In this document: piece after piece, positions 30,825 to 42,474 of the stretch
Numbering within the stretch: position 1 is the first letter of the stretch
Layout of the letters: each line of letters opens with the position of its first letter
From: an uncultured bacterium
GTDB lineage: Bacteria; Edwardsbacteria; AC1; EtOH8
NCBI GenBank assembly: GCA_963780225.1
Contig: CAWAAX010000004.1
Location: 164,217-228,216 of the forward strand
Reading direction: 5' to 3'
DNA: 64,000 nt
Notes under the pieces: model-generated
The model's input: only the letters and a program-made list of their open reading frames with translations
Database searches by the model: none
What the model was told of the DNA's origin: nothing
Program-made: the position numbers and the translations under genes

Positions 30825-33800
30825 ATGAAGCGCATCACCCGTGGGTTAGTGGTTCTGGTGTTATTGGTCCTTGCGGCAAATGCTTTTGCTGTCCAGGCAA
30901 AACCAAAGCCAATAACATTGCACCAGCCAGACGGTAATTCCTTTACAGGTGTTGTAAAAGGCGACGAACATTTTGCCTTTGCCGAGACGCAGGAGGGGTT
31001 CTCCATAATTGTCAATAAAGCCACAGGCTATTGGTGCTATGCAAAAAAGGAAAATGGGCTTTTGGTTGCCAGCGAGCACATAGTTGGTAAAAGCGACTGC
31101 CCGTTTTCGCTACACTTGCGTCCCGATGCCATGGCAGTGGCGCAGTTGGCCCAAAATGCCGGTAAAATGATCAATAAGACGGCAGATGCCAGGCATAAGC
31201 TGTCTACCGATTTCCTCTATGGCAAGGATGCCACAAAATTAAGCCCATCCAAGGCTCCGTCCGGCAAACATTACGTCAACGTATTGTTGGGCGATTTTAC
31301 CGACAGCACCTTTGCCGTGTTTTCATCCAAGCAAACAGATGATCCGTTGAGCTCCAATTACAATCCATGGAATCCTTTTCCCAAGGATACCTACCGGCAT
31401 ATGATCTGGCTGGTAATGGGCGATCGCGATTCGGCCAATCCGGTAATATATGATTCCAGCACGGTGGGATCGATGTCCAATTTTTATTGGGATATGACCT
31501 ATCAGAAGGTATATTGGGCCCAGAATAACGGGGCCGAGATCACCGGAGTTGACACCATCCGAAACTCGGGCATGGATTGGTGGTCGGCCTTTCAGAACGA
31601 TGGTATCCCAAAATTTTATGCCAAAGCCTGCGTGGAAGCGGCCGATCCCTATGTTGATTTTGATCTAAACAACGACAGCCTGCAGGACGGCCTGGTTATA
31701 GTACATCCCGGGCCGGGACAGGATGAATCCGGCAGGTTGGGCGATATCTGGTCAATGTCCGCCTGGGGGCTTAACATAAAAGCTGATGGGAAAGCTGGCT
31801 TAATAAATGAAGTAATATTCGTTCCCCAGAACGGCCAACTGGGAGTGTTTTGCCACGAGATGTTCCACCAGCTGGGCGGCCCGGATCTTTACGATTACGG
31901 TTATACCTCGGTTCCCTGGGGAATGTGGAGCCTGATGGATGAAGGCAGCTGGGGCGGGCCTCTGGGCGGCGACCAGCCTACTTTTGTGGGCGGACACTTG
32001 AACTACGATATAGACGGAGTGCTGGACAACGGTATAGACGGCTGGATAGATGCCTCGGCTACCGATTCCATCTCCAGCGTCCATAACGGCGACGGGCGAT
32101 ACACCGTGGCGGTCTTCGACTCGGCCGGAGCGGCCCGCAACGGAGATATCACCACCGGCATCAGACTGTGGCGGATATGCAACGATGCCTTCAACGATTC
32201 CTCGCAATTATTCTTGGTGGAGAACCGTCAACGGCATTATCCCTATGAAAGCGGCCTGCCGGAGAGCGGCATAATAATCACCCATATAGATACCAGAATG
32301 TACGGCGGGGCTGTAACCTTCAACGACGGTCCGCCGGTAGTTGACGCCTTCTACAGCTGGGTGGAAAACCCGGGCTACGACCCCAATCCGGCCTATGCGG
32401 TAGGAAACATTAACTACAACCGCAATGAGGCCAATGCCGCCTATTCGGCCGATGATTATAATCCAGGAGGCTATAGCGAGACCGCCTTGGATTCCAACAC
32501 CGTTCCCACTTCGTGGATCAATACCCTTTCCACCAGCTGTGCGGCCATCACCGGGCCCTGGATCTACGATGTTTCCAAGGAAGGGCCGTATATGTCCTTC
32601 AGCGTGGCCCGCACCGGCCTGGCCGCGGCCCAGCCGTTGGTGGGATATGTTTCATCGGTGGTGAACGATCCGGTGATAACCGGCACGGCCAATAACAACA
32701 ACAGTTTGTTGGATCCCTGGGAGACCGACTCGGTGTCGGTGACTTTCGTCAATAACGGGGCAGGGTCACGTGTAAATAACGGCACACTATTACGATGTTT
32801 CAAGGAAGGGCGTATATGTCTTCAGCGTGGCCGCCCGGCCTGCCGCGGCCAGCCGTGGTGGGATATGTTTCACGGTGGTGAACGATCCGGTGATAACCGG
32901 CACGGCAATAACACAACAGTTTGTGATGAACCCGTTCGCGAGTATAACTGCCGGGGCGCGGTGCTCTTTGTATGCCGTCAGTAACAGCCAGTACGTGACG
33001 GTAACGCCTGCCTGGAAGACGGTGGGGGGCGGCTCTTTGGTCAATGACAGCCAGGCCTCCAGCCAGCCGTTCGTGGTGGCAGTAAGCAGCGACGCTCCGC
33101 GTTTTACCGACGTTACCTTTGCGGTAAAATTCCAAAGCACCACTCCGGCCTGCAGCAGCACCAGCTATTTTGTTTTGCGGATCAGCCCGCTGAACGTGGT
33201 CAAGGTGTACGATTTCCAGAATATTTTGGTAGGAGGGGCGGACTTTAACTACCGGATCCAGCCTTCCGATCTGGCAATTTATAGGGACACCCTGATAATT
33301 GCCAACGCCAATCTGGATAATAATACCTGGCAAACCAGGATATACAAGGTGAACAAGAACACGCTTAACAACCCATTGCAGGCGGCCGACACCTTCGGTT
33401 CCTTGAATAATAAGGTAACCTTGGACAATTCCAACATGTATATTGGCGGCATAGACGTGGATAATTACGGCAACTTGTGGTATTCGATCCAAGACTCGGT
33501 GTATCACACCAACCGGGGAATCACACTGCTGTCAAAACTTGAGGCTCCCAACTGTGAATGGGCTGGCAACCCCTTAATGCGAAGAATACGCGGCCTGGGC
33601 TTTGGTCCAACGGTAATAGACACCATTGGTCCGGACCCGGTAGCCGGGGATTCGTTGCTGGTCTACTGGCAGCAGTTTAATCAGGTCAACTATAGTGAAT
33701 TCAGCACCGATTCCATTTGGGGCCTGAGCCAGGTGAACAATGCCACGGCCCAAATCAGCACCAGGTGGGCATTCTATGATTCTGCCTGGGGCGCCCAGGA

Positions 33801-34749
33801 CTGCGGCTGGGGCTACAATGCCTGGAACGGCCGGGCCATCGAGTACGATGGCTCCAGTTTCTGGACATCGGCCATAGACATCTATCTAATCATCCGGCGC
33901 AACCCGGTGGATGCTTCCATAATACAGATAATGCCCTCTCCCTCCAGCGGGGGCGCCTACGGGAGCTATGGCCTGGCTCATGAAGCCACCGATTCTCTGG
34001 GAGTGACTTATGCGCCTACCGGTACAGTAGCATACAAGCCTTACGCCAAAGGCACCAAGCATTATCTGTATTGCTCCAGCATGGAGGAAGGCAAGATATA
34101 TAAGATAGACATTACCGATCTCTGCATCCCCAGCCCGCCGGAGAGCGTGTCGGTGACCCAGACCGGGCCGTCCAACAATCTGGTGAAGTTCTTCAAGCCG
34201 AACGTAGACCAGCAGAAGATAAACAAGTACATAATCTACCGCCAGCTTTCGACAGCCACCGAGCCGCCGGCCTCGGCCGACTCGGTAGGTTATGCCGTTC
34301 ACCAGTTCGGTTCGGGCATAGTTGACAGTTTTATTGACAATAGCGCCACCGAGGACTACAAATATACTGCCCTGCCGGTCAATTATTACGGCTACGGCGG
34401 ATGGGGAGCTTCGGCCTTTGCCCCCCTGACCTATGTGGAAACGGAGAATCTGCCTTTGGCGGCGCCGAGGATGTATGCGCTTTCCCAAAACTATCCCAAC
34501 CCAATAGTGAAGAGCTCCACCACAATAAAATACGCCTTAAAGAATCCCGGACAGACCAGCTTGAAGATATATAATCTGCTGGGCGAGGAAGTGAAGGTTT
34601 TGGCGGACGGCAGGCAGGAGGCCAATTATTATTCGGTAAGTTGGAATGGCCGGGATAACCAGGGCCGGTTGGCGGCTAACGGAGTATATTTTTATAAGCT
34701 GAATTCCGGAACTTTTACCGCTACCAAAAAACTGGTGATACTCCGGTAA
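30825..34749 (+). CDS. M6-family (immune inhibitor A-like) metalloprotease with FlgD-Ig/T9SS-type C-terminal domain; interrupted by an imperfect duplication at ~32763-32937
   Basis: QPDG..GDE prodomain, CHEMFHQLGGPDLYD, WSLMDEGSW, FLVENRQ; LSQNYPNP..IYNLLGEEV..WNGRDNQG..ANGVYFY..KKLVILR. Confidence 0.85.
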
Positions 34750-34769
34750 AAACTATTTTTTTTAACATA

Positions 34770-34799
34770 TTGACATTATCTCCGGGAAAGTTGTATACT
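34770..34799 (+). promoter_or_regulatory. Sigma70-type promoter
   Basis: TTGACA-18 bp-TATACT. Confidence 0.6.
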
Positions 34800-34871
34800 G
34801 ATTTTCAATCTTCTCCAAATTGGAGGAAGGTTATACCAAAACCATTAACAATACCCAAAAGGAGGATTCTC

Positions 34872-36074
34872 TTGAAACGTTCAGCCACTGTGAAGGCCCT
34901 GCTGGTTTTGACTGCAAGCTTGATGCTCTGGGGGTGTTCCAACAATCCATCGAGTGTCGTTGACCAGGCGACCCCGCAAACGACCGACCTGGTATCCATG
35001 CAAACAGATAACATCATCCCCGGACAATATGTGATAGTGCTAAAAGAGGCGGGCGCTCTTAAATCTAACAGCTCCGCCAAATATGATCAGGCCACGGCCT
35101 ATGCCAAATCAAAAGCTGTAGCCATCATGAATGACAACGGCATCTCCTCCGGAAAGATCAAACTGGCTTACGGCACCGCCATATTTGGATTCTCAGCCAA
35201 CCTTACCGACCAGGAAGTGGCTGCCCTGAGGGCGGACAACCGGGTCTCTTACATCGAAGCTGACCGTATGTTCTCAATAAAGGTCGCATCCAAACCCGTT
35301 CCGGTTACGCCTACTCAATCGGTTCCTTACGGCATCGTCCGGGTCGGCCATGCCAGCGGCATTGGCAAGACCGCCTGGATCATCGACACCGGCATCGATT
35401 TTGATCATCCCGACTTAACCGTCGACATTATCCGCCAGAAGACCTTTATTGACCGCACCCTCACCGCCGATGATGACAACGGACACGGAACCCATTGCGC
35501 CGGCACCGTAGCCGCCATTGATAACGCCATCGGGGTGATCGGCGTAGCCGCCGGAGCCACGGTGGTCCCGGTTAAAGTTCTTGATCACAGAGGAAGCGGC
35601 CCCTATTCTGTAGTCATCGCTGGGGTAGACTACGTGGCCAGCGTCGGCGAAGCGGGGAATTCCGCCAATATGAGTTTAAGCGGCGGCATTTATCAGCCTA
35701 TTGATGATGCTGTTCTGGCCGCCTCCAATAAGGGCATATTCTTCGCCCTGGCCGCCGGCAACGCATCCGATGATGCCAACAATTACTCCCCGGCCAGAGT
35801 AAACGGCCCCTACGTCTGGACCATCTCGGCCATGGACATCAACGACAATTGGGCCTATTTTTCCAACTACGGCAATCCTCCCATTGATTATTGCGAGCCG
35901 GGCATAAGCATCCTTTCCTGCTGGAATGACGGCTTTTACAATACCATCAGTGGAACTTCAATGGCTTCTCCCCACATGTGCGGCATTCTGCTGATCACCA
36001 ACGGCCATCCCATTACCAGCGGATACGTGAATGGCGATCCCGACGGGAACCCCGATCCGATCGGACATATTTAA
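34872..36074 (+). CDS. S8 subtilisin-like lipoprotein with I9 propeptide
   Basis: Lipobox LWGC; IPGQYVIVLK; IIDTGID, GHGTHCAG, SGTSMASPH catalytic triad; TTG start after ggagg. Confidence 0.92.
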   Translation: MKRSATVKALLVLTASLMLWGCSNNPSSVVDQATPQTTDLVSMQTDNIIPGQYVIVLKEAGALKSNSSAKYDQATAYAKSKAVAIMNDNGISSGKIKLAYGTAIFGFSANLTDQEVAALRADNRVSYIEADRMFSIKVASKPVPVTPTQSVPYGIVRVGHASGIGKTAWIIDTGIDFDHPDLTVDIIRQKTFIDRTLTADDDNGHGTHCAGTVAAIDNAIGVIGVAAGATVVPVKVLDHRGSGPYSVVIAGVDYVASVGEAGNSANMSLSGGIYQPIDDAVLAASNKGIFFALAAGNASDDANNYSPARVNGPYVWTISAMDINDNWAYFSNYGNPPIDYCEPGISILSCWNDGFYNTISGTSMASPHMCGILLITNGHPITSGYVNGDPDGNPDPIGHI

Positions 36075-36183
36075 GCATTTGTTTTCATCGCAAAGAGCAG
36101 CGCCAAGGCGTTGCTCTTTGCGGACGAAGAAGGGTTCCATTTTTCCATAACGTCATCACCATAAACATTGAGGAGAACGTTTC

Positions 36184-37194
36184 GTGAAAAATTCCGCCGT
36201 ATTTAAAATTACCCTGGTTCTGGCTGCCAGCTGGATGATCTGGGGATGTTCCAAGAAGGCAACCAGCATAGTTGACAGCGCAATTCCGCAAACAACTGTC
36301 TCTATTGCCAAAGCCGCTCCATCCGTGTACACCAACTGTTTGTCCATGCCCGTGGTCTGGGCCGAGGGCCATGGCCTGACCGGCGAGGATTGCGCCCATT
36401 TTACCGGACTAAGGGGCACCTATGGGGAAGAAACCTTCACCACTCCCTATGATGCCACCCTTATCGACGGCTATCCCGTCTACCGCAATCCCTCGATTAA
36501 CGAGTGGCAGGCTCAATCGGTCGACGGCACCACCATGGGCGTGATCGGCGTTGAATTGGACTGGGCCGACAACATGACCCGCCAGACCTGGACCGACAAG
36601 TCCAAGGTCCGGGTAGAGATAGTGCTGTTTAAGGTACTGGCTACGCCGCTTAAGGGCTACAACATGTACTCGCTGGGCGGAACCCAGCTGGACGAGGTCT
36701 TTGTCACCAATAGCACCACCTATGACGCCAACATGGTCACCGTCTATTCAAACGTTGCCCGGCTGAAGATCGAGAAGCTGGACGCCCAGAACGGGGTCCC
36801 GGTGCTGACGGTGTATGACAGCCCGGTTTATGAAAAGTACTTCGTGGACGGTCCGCTGGACGCCTACTCGGCCGAAATCAATATGGGCGGCAAGTGCATC
36901 TACGGCTTTAACTGGAATGTCCGGGACGTGGACGCTGCTGTAAAGTCGGGCTGGTACCGCTTAACCTTCAACCTGGATCCCACGGCCACCTATACAGACG
37001 CCGACGGTGTGCTTCAGACCTACAGTCGCAACACCAAACTGAATAACCTGAATCCCTTAGACCTGTTCGGCGCCAACGATCCCGAGGTCGTGCTGTATCA
37101 GCCGACTCTGGCCGCCGAAGGCTATTCCAGCACGCTGGACATCTACATCAAGCCGGGCAGCGGCAGTACCCGTACCAGCGCCAACGCCCAATAA
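36184..37194 (+). CDS. Hypothetical lipoprotein
   Basis: gaggag RBS, GTG start, lipobox IWGC, 336 aa open frame. Confidence 0.75.
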   Translation: MKNSAVFKITLVLAASWMIWGCSKKATSIVDSAIPQTTVSIAKAAPSVYTNCLSMPVVWAEGHGLTGEDCAHFTGLRGTYGEETFTTPYDATLIDGYPVYRNPSINEWQAQSVDGTTMGVIGVELDWADNMTRQTWTDKSKVRVEIVLFKVLATPLKGYNMYSLGGTQLDEVFVTNSTTYDANMVTVYSNVARLKIEKLDAQNGVPVLTVYDSPVYEKYFVDGPLDAYSAEINMGGKCIYGFNWNVRDVDAAVKSGWYRLTFNLDPTATYTDADGVLQTYSRNTKLNNLNPLDLFGANDPEVVLYQPTLAAEGYSSTLDIYIKPGSGSTRTSANAQ

Positions 37195-37227
37195 AGCCTG
37201 TAGCGGAATAATATCAAAACAGAAATT

Positions 37228-37265
37228 AAAGAGAGGGACGGCTGATGCTGTCCCTCTCTTTGTTT
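37228..37265 (+). terminator. Intrinsic terminator
   Basis: aaagagagggacggc-tgat-gctgtccctctcttt then gttt. Confidence 0.8.
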
Positions 37266-37416
37266 GTAGACGGAAAAGGCAACCTTAGAGAGAATAGATC
37301 TACCTGTTTAGAGTGTTTCACTAAAAAAGACCTTGACTTCATGCTTAATATGCTGTAGAGTATTGTTGATGGGTGGGTGGCATATCCACAATATTGCCGA
37401 AAGGAGGTGATTGGAA

Positions 37417-37737
37417 ATGCGTAAATTGTATTTGGTCCTGATGGTTTTAGGCCTTTTACTGGCCGGATTTACAGTAGCTCAGGCTGCGAATCCGTTGGCC
37501 GGGAACCCGTTCAATGTACAGGGCACAATTACCGCCATCACTTTGAACCCTAACACTCTGACAGTGAAGACATTAGATGGAGAGGTATTCTTATCTACAA
37601 CCGAAAATACTGTGGTTGTAATCGACCAAGTAATTTCTACGTTTGATCAGCTATCTTATGGTGATTATGTAAAAGTTCAAACAATTGAGGCTGTGGCTAT
37701 TAAGATTTGCAAACCTATCAAACAGATCATTGAATAA
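37417..37737 (+). CDS. Small secreted protein (DUF5666/OB-fold-like)
   Basis: aaggaggtga RBS, signal peptide AQA, VQGTITAI..TLTV..T.V.ID....FDQLSYGDYVKV. Confidence 0.65.
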   Translation: MRKLYLVLMVLGLLLAGFTVAQAANPLAGNPFNVQGTITAITLNPNTLTVKTLDGEVFLSTTENTVVVIDQVISTFDQLSYGDYVKVQTIEAVAIKICKPIKQIIE

Positions 37738-37775
37738 TTGCCCAACAGCGTCGGGCTTCATATTTAAAGTCTGTG

Positions 37776-37808
37776 ACAAAAGAGACAGGGAATCCCTGTC
37801 TCTTTTGT
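37776..37808. terminator. Terminator-like hairpin
   Basis: acaaaagagacaggg-aat-ccctgtctcttttgt. Confidence 0.75.
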
Positions 37809-37997
37809 ATTTGGGGAATATCCGGCGCTGTTTAAACACGGGGTATTCAATCCAGCCGAATATTTACCTTCTCCTGCCGGCCAGCGCCTTTTTATTTGTT
37901 TTATGCTTGCAAGCAAAAAGTTAGTATGATAAAATGTCAAAAGTAGATAGGGCCTGAAACCTCCGGATCAACGTAAAAAAAATCGAGCATAAAAACC

Positions 37998-39197
37998 ATG
38001 AACGCCAAAGAACAACTGCAAATAATAAAACGGGGCACTCTGCACCTGATGCCGGAGGACGCCCTGCTGTCAAAGCTGGAGAGGTCCATAAAGGAATCCC
38101 GGCCCCTGAACATAAAATACGGGGCCGATCCCTCGGCTCCGGACCTGCACCTGGGGCACGCGGTCTGTTTTAAGAAACTGAAGGAATTCCAGGACCTGGG
38201 GCACCGGGTTATTTTCGTGATCGGCGATTTTACCGCCATGATCGGCGACCCCACCGGACGGTCCGAGACCCGCAAACCGCTGACCCGGGAACAGGTCCAA
38301 AACAACGCCGCCACTTACATGGAGCAGGTTTACCTGCTGCTGGACCGGAATAAGACCGTAGTGTCCTATAATAACGAATGGCTGTCAAAGCTCAACCTGA
38401 GCGATGTCATCAATCTCAGTTCCAAGTTCACCGTGGCCCGGATGCTGGAGCGCGACGACTTCAGCAAGCGCCACAAAAGCCAAGCCCCAATCGGAGTGCA
38501 CGAGTTCCTGTACCCGGTGATGGTCTCCTATGACTCGGTCCATCTCAACACCGATGTGGAAGCCGGGGGCAACGACCAGCTGTTCAACTTCCTGGCCGGC
38601 CGGGAGCTGATGCAGGAGCTGGGGATGGAGCCCCAAGTGGTTTTGACCATGCCGATCTTAGTGGGTACCGACGGCGTCAACAAGATGAGCAAATCGCTGG
38701 GCAATTACATTGCCATCAAGGACAGCCCCAAGGAGATGTTCGGCAAGACCATGTCCATTCCCGATTCCGCCATATTGACCTATGCCCAGCTGGCGGCCTT
38801 TTACGGCGACGAACAGCTGAAGAATATCAAGGAACGCCTGGATGCCCGGGAAAATCCCAGAAACATCAAGGCCCAGATAGCCCGGGACATTGCGGCTATT
38901 TATCACGGACCCGCCAGGGCCGAGGCGGCCTCGGCCGAGTTTGACCAGATGTTCCGGAACGGCGGGCTGCCGGAGAACCTTCCGGAGCATAACCCCGGAG
39001 CCGGCAAAGTCTGGATCGTGAAACTGATCACCGGGGCCGGCTGCGCCAAGAACAGCTCCGAGGCCCGGAGACTGATAGAGCAGGGCGGGGTGCATTTGGA
39101 CGGCCAAAAGATAACCAGCGTTGACGCCGAGGTGGAGATCAAGGACGGGGCCATCCTTAAGGTGGGAAAAAGAAATTTTGTGAAACTGAAAAGATGA
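37998..39197 (+). CDS. tyrS: Tyrosine--tRNA ligase
   Basis: [39 protein letters not shown]-terminal S4 domain KVGKR. Confidence 0.97.
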   Translation: MNAKEQLQIIKRGTLHLMPEDALLSKLERSIKESRPLNIKYGADPSAPDLHLGHAVCFKKLKEFQDLGHRVIFVIGDFTAMIGDPTGRSETRKPLTREQVQNNAATYMEQVYLLLDRNKTVVSYNNEWLSKLNLSDVINLSSKFTVARMLERDDFSKRHKSQAPIGVHEFLYPVMVSYDSVHLNTDVEAGGNDQLFNFLAGRELMQELGMEPQVVLTMPILVGTDGVNKMSKSLGNYIAIKDSPKEMFGKTMSIPDSAILTYAQLAAFYGDEQLKNIKERLDARENPRNIKAQIARDIAAIYHGPARAEAASAEFDQMFRNGGLPENLPEHNPGAGKVWIVKLITGAGCAKNSSEARRLIEQGGVHLDGQKITSVDAEVEIKDGAILKVGKRNFVKLKR

Positions 39198-39856
39198 AAT
39201 CCAACGCCGTTAAAAAATCAGCCTTGAACCGTTTCCGTCCGGCGGTATTCATCGACCGGGACGGGACCATCAACTACGACACCAACTACGTCAAACTTCC
39301 CGGGCAGGTGAAGCTTTTGCCCGGGGCGGCCGAGGGCATCCAGCTGCTGAACCAAAACAACATTTTAACGGTGGTGTCCAGCAACCAGTCCGGGGTGGCC
39401 CGGGGATATCTGACCATCAAGACATTGGAGATGATCCACCGCCGTCTTAAAGCCCTCCTAAAACGGCAGGGCGCCAGCCTGGATGCCATATATTACTGTC
39501 CCTACCATCCCGAAGAGAAGCACCCCTGCCGCAAGCCCGGCATCGGCATGGCCCTGGCGGCCCGGAAAGAATTAGGGATAGACCTTTCCCGTTCCTACAT
39601 GATCGGAGACAGCCAGAGCGACATGGAATTTGCCCGCAACATGGGGGCCAAAAAGATACTGGTGCTCAGCGGCAAGTCAACCGGCCGGGAGGCCTGGGTT
39701 AAAAAGATCAAGGTCAACTGTCTGGCTCAGGACCTTTTGGGCGCGGCCTTGTGGATAGTTAATGACCTGAGATCCAAAAAATCCGGCCAGGGTATAAGTC
39801 TTGATACTGACGGAAGTAAACCTGCGGTTAAAATGTCAAAGATTAAAAGATCATAG
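39194..39856 (+). CDS. gmhB: D-glycero-D-manno-heptose 1,7-bisphosphate phosphatase (HAD IIIA)
   Basis: [40 protein letters not shown]. Confidence 0.88.
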   Translation: MKSNAVKKSALNRFRPAVFIDRDGTINYDTNYVKLPGQVKLLPGAAEGIQLLNQNNILTVVSSNQSGVARGYLTIKTLEMIHRRLKALLKRQGASLDAIYYCPYHPEEKHPCRKPGIGMALAARKELGIDLSRSYMIGDSQSDMEFARNMGAKKILVLSGKSTGREAWVKKIKVNCLAQDLLGAALWIVNDLRSKKSGQGISLDTDGSKPAVKMSKIKRS

Positions 39857-39976
39857 CCGGCCCAAGCCAGAAACGCAGACGTTTCTGGCTGTTGTATTAG
39901 TGCTTTCAGCCAATTTACGCAGCAGACAAGGAATTTCTGAAAATCAAGAAAACAATCAAGACAAGGCAGAGTATAA

Positions 39977-40780
39977 ATGATCTCAGCATTGATAATTGCC
40001 AAGGATGAAAAAAATAATATCGGGCCCTGTCTGGACAGTCTGCAGGGGTTTGCCGGCGAGACGATCGTGGTGGTTGATTCCTCCAGCACCGACGAAACCG
40101 AGCAGATAAGCAGGAACAAAGGGGCCAGGGTGTTGGTCAAGGAATGGCAAGGCTTCGGCGCCACAAAAAACTGGGGCTTGCAGCAGGCCTCGGGAGATCT
40201 TATCCTGTGGATAGACGCCGATGAGAGGATGACCCCGGAGCTTGCCAAAGAGATAACCAGGACGATCCAATCAAACCCAAATTTTTCAGCCTTAGCTTTT
40301 CCCCGGAAAGCATATTTTTTAGGGAGATGGATAAAACATTGCGGCTGGTACCCCGGTTACGTCACGCGGTTGTTTAAAAAAGAAAAAGCAAAATTTGACG
40401 GCAAGCAGGTACATGAGACGTTAATGGTTGACGGTAAAGTGGTCAAACTCAAAGAAGCGTTGCTTCATTATACAGATCCCGACCTGGCCCATTATTTTGT
40501 GAAATTCAATAAATACACCCGGTTAGCAGCCGAACAGATGCATGAATCGGGGTGCCGCTTCAAGACTTCCGGTGTTTTTTTAAAACCGTTAATTGTTTTT
40601 ATCAAAATGTATATCGTTAAACTGGGATTTTTGGACGGCAGGGAGGGTTTCATTTTATGTACTCTTTCGGCCTATTATACTTTTGTGAAAAACATCAAAC
40701 TTTGGGAGATCCAGCAGCACCCAGCAAATACGCCAAGCGCAAATGAGAAGGTTAATGGAAACAAGCAACAGCCCCAATAA
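39977..40780 (+). CDS. Glycosyltransferase family 2 (LPS core WaaE/KdtX-like)
   Basis: VVVDSSSTDET, IDADER, GWYP, VHE, GFLDGREG. Confidence 0.88.
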   Translation: MISALIIAKDEKNNIGPCLDSLQGFAGETIVVVDSSSTDETEQISRNKGARVLVKEWQGFGATKNWGLQQASGDLILWIDADERMTPELAKEITRTIQSNPNFSALAFPRKAYFLGRWIKHCGWYPGYVTRLFKKEKAKFDGKQVHETLMVDGKVVKLKEALLHYTDPDLAHYFVKFNKYTRLAAEQMHESGCRFKTSGVFLKPLIVFIKMYIVKLGFLDGREGFILCTLSAYYTFVKNIKLWEIQQHPANTPSANEKVNGNKQQPQ

Positions 40781-41789
40781 TATATTAGTCATTAAAATGC
40801 TGGGGGTGGGCGATGTGGTCTGGACCACGCCCCTGCTGAGCAACCTGCGCCTGGGGTTTCCCCGGGCCAGAATATCGTTCCTCTGCCGGAGCTTTTGCGC
40901 CCCGGTGCTGGCCAACAACCCCGGCCTGGACGAGGTCATTTCCTTTGATCCCGGCAGTTTCCGGAGCCAGCTCAATTTCATCAGGGATCTGAGACGCCGG
41001 AAGTTTGACCTGGTGATAGATCTTTTCGGTTCGCCCCGCACCGCTTTTCTGTCGCTGGCCAGCGGATCTGAAACCCGGATGGGTTTTGATTTTGGCTACC
41101 GCCGTCTGTTTTATACCAAAGTGCTTTCGTCCAAAGAAGCCAACCAGGGCCACGAGGTGGAGTTCCATCTTTTTCCGCTCAAAGCCCTGGGGATCCCGGT
41201 CAAGTCAAAGGAACTGGTCTTTAACCTGAGGCCGGAGGAAACCGCCTTCAAGGACCGGGCCTGGGGCGGGTGGGGCATCAAAGCGGAAGAGACGGTGGTG
41301 GGTCTGGTCGCCACCAGCGGCTGTTCCTGCCGCCGCTGGCCGGAGCAAAACTTTTCCAGCTTGGCCCGCGAGCTGTCTTCATTGAAAAACATCCGGGTCA
41401 TGATATTCTGGGGCCTGAGCGCGGAACTGGAAAGCGCCCAAAGGATAGCCAGGGGGGCAGAGGACAAGGTCCTGATTATCCCCCAGACCAGCCTGCGCCA
41501 GATGGCGGCCCTGTTGTCCGGCTGTGATCTGGTGATAGGCAACAACTGCGGTCCGGTGCAGATAGCCACCGCCTTCAAGGTTCCGGTGATAAACTTTCAC
41601 GGCCCCACCCGCCCGCTGGGCCAGGGCCCTTGGGGAGTGCCGCACGTGATACTAAGGAATGAAAGTTTGTCCTGCCTGGAATGCAACAAGACCAGCTGCC
41701 CGGATCCAAAGTGCATGACCGGGATCAGCGTGGAACAGGTGATGACAGCGTTCAGGACCATGATGGCCGGGAAACTTGAGAAAGGATAA
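40755..41789 (+). CDS. Glycosyltransferase family 9 (heptosyltransferase-like)
   Basis: ILVIKMLGVGDVVWTTP, RRWP, IGNNCGPVQIA, HGPTRP, Cys-rich C-terminus. Confidence 0.88.
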   Translation: METSNSPNNILVIKMLGVGDVVWTTPLLSNLRLGFPRARISFLCRSFCAPVLANNPGLDEVISFDPGSFRSQLNFIRDLRRRKFDLVIDLFGSPRTAFLSLASGSETRMGFDFGYRRLFYTKVLSSKEANQGHEVEFHLFPLKALGIPVKSKELVFNLRPEETAFKDRAWGGWGIKAEETVVGLVATSGCSCRRWPEQNFSSLARELSSLKNIRVMIFWGLSAELESAQRIARGAEDKVLIIPQTSLRQMAALLSGCDLVIGNNCGPVQIATAFKVPVINFHGPTRPLGQGPWGVPHVILRNESLSCLECNKTSCPDPKCMTGISVEQVMTAFRTMMAGKLEKG

Positions 41790-42474
41790 CATCACCGTTA
41801 AGATCAGCCGGGTCCATCAGGCTTTGCTGAAATGCCATGGAATGCCCGCCCCCAAAAGATATCCCCGGGTGCTGGACGCCCTGGTGGAGACCATCCTTTC
41901 CCAGAACACCAGCGACAGCAACAGCCATCGGGCTTATCTTTCGCTGAAAAAACAATTTCCCGGCTGGAAGGCGGCGGCGGCAGCCCGGCCCCGGGCCCTT
42001 GAATCAGCCATCAGGACCGGCGGCCTGGCCAGGATAAAATCCAGACGGATCTCAAAACTACTGAACTTGATAGCCCGGGAGCAGGAGCTGATATCGCTGG
42101 AATATCTTAAGAAACTATCACCGGGCCAGGCCTATCACCAATTGATCTCTTACGACGGGGTGGGGCCCAAGACGGCCGCCTGCACCCTGCTGTTCGGGGC
42201 CGGGATGCCGGTTTTTCCGGTGGACACCCACGTCTACCGGGTCTGCCAAAGGTTGGGCTGGGCGGCTCCAAAAGAAAGCGCTGAAAGTTTCCAGGAACGG
42301 ATCGGGCCGATCATTCCCCCAAAACAGGTATTCAACCTGCATGTGAACCTGATCACCCACGGGAGGCAGACCTGCCATCCCCGCCGCCCGGATTGTGAAC
42401 ATTGTTGCCTTAAGACCGATTGCAATTATTCCATAGACAGCAAACCAAAGAACCTAAAGGAGGAACGGTCATGA
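41776..42474 (+). CDS. Endonuclease III-like HhH-GPD glycosylase with 4Fe-4S loop
   Basis: ILSQNTSD, GVGPKTA, FPVDTHVYR, CHPRRPDCEHCCLKTDC. Confidence 0.88.
   Translation: MRKDNITVKISRVHQALLKCHGMPAPKRYPRVLDALVETILSQNTSDSNSHRAYLSLKKQFPGWKAAAAARPRALESAIRTGGLARIKSRRISKLLNLIAREQELISLEYLKKLSPGQAYHQLISYDGVGPKTAACTLLFGAGMPVFPVDTHVYRVCQRLGWAAPKESAESFQERIGPIIPPKQVFNLHVNLITHGRQTCHPRRPDCEHCCLKTDCNYSIDSKPKNLKEERS

Noticed and set aside
37810..37997. T-box upstream of tyrS
   Set aside because: No T-box bulge sequence (GGTGG.ACC) or terminator in the short leader
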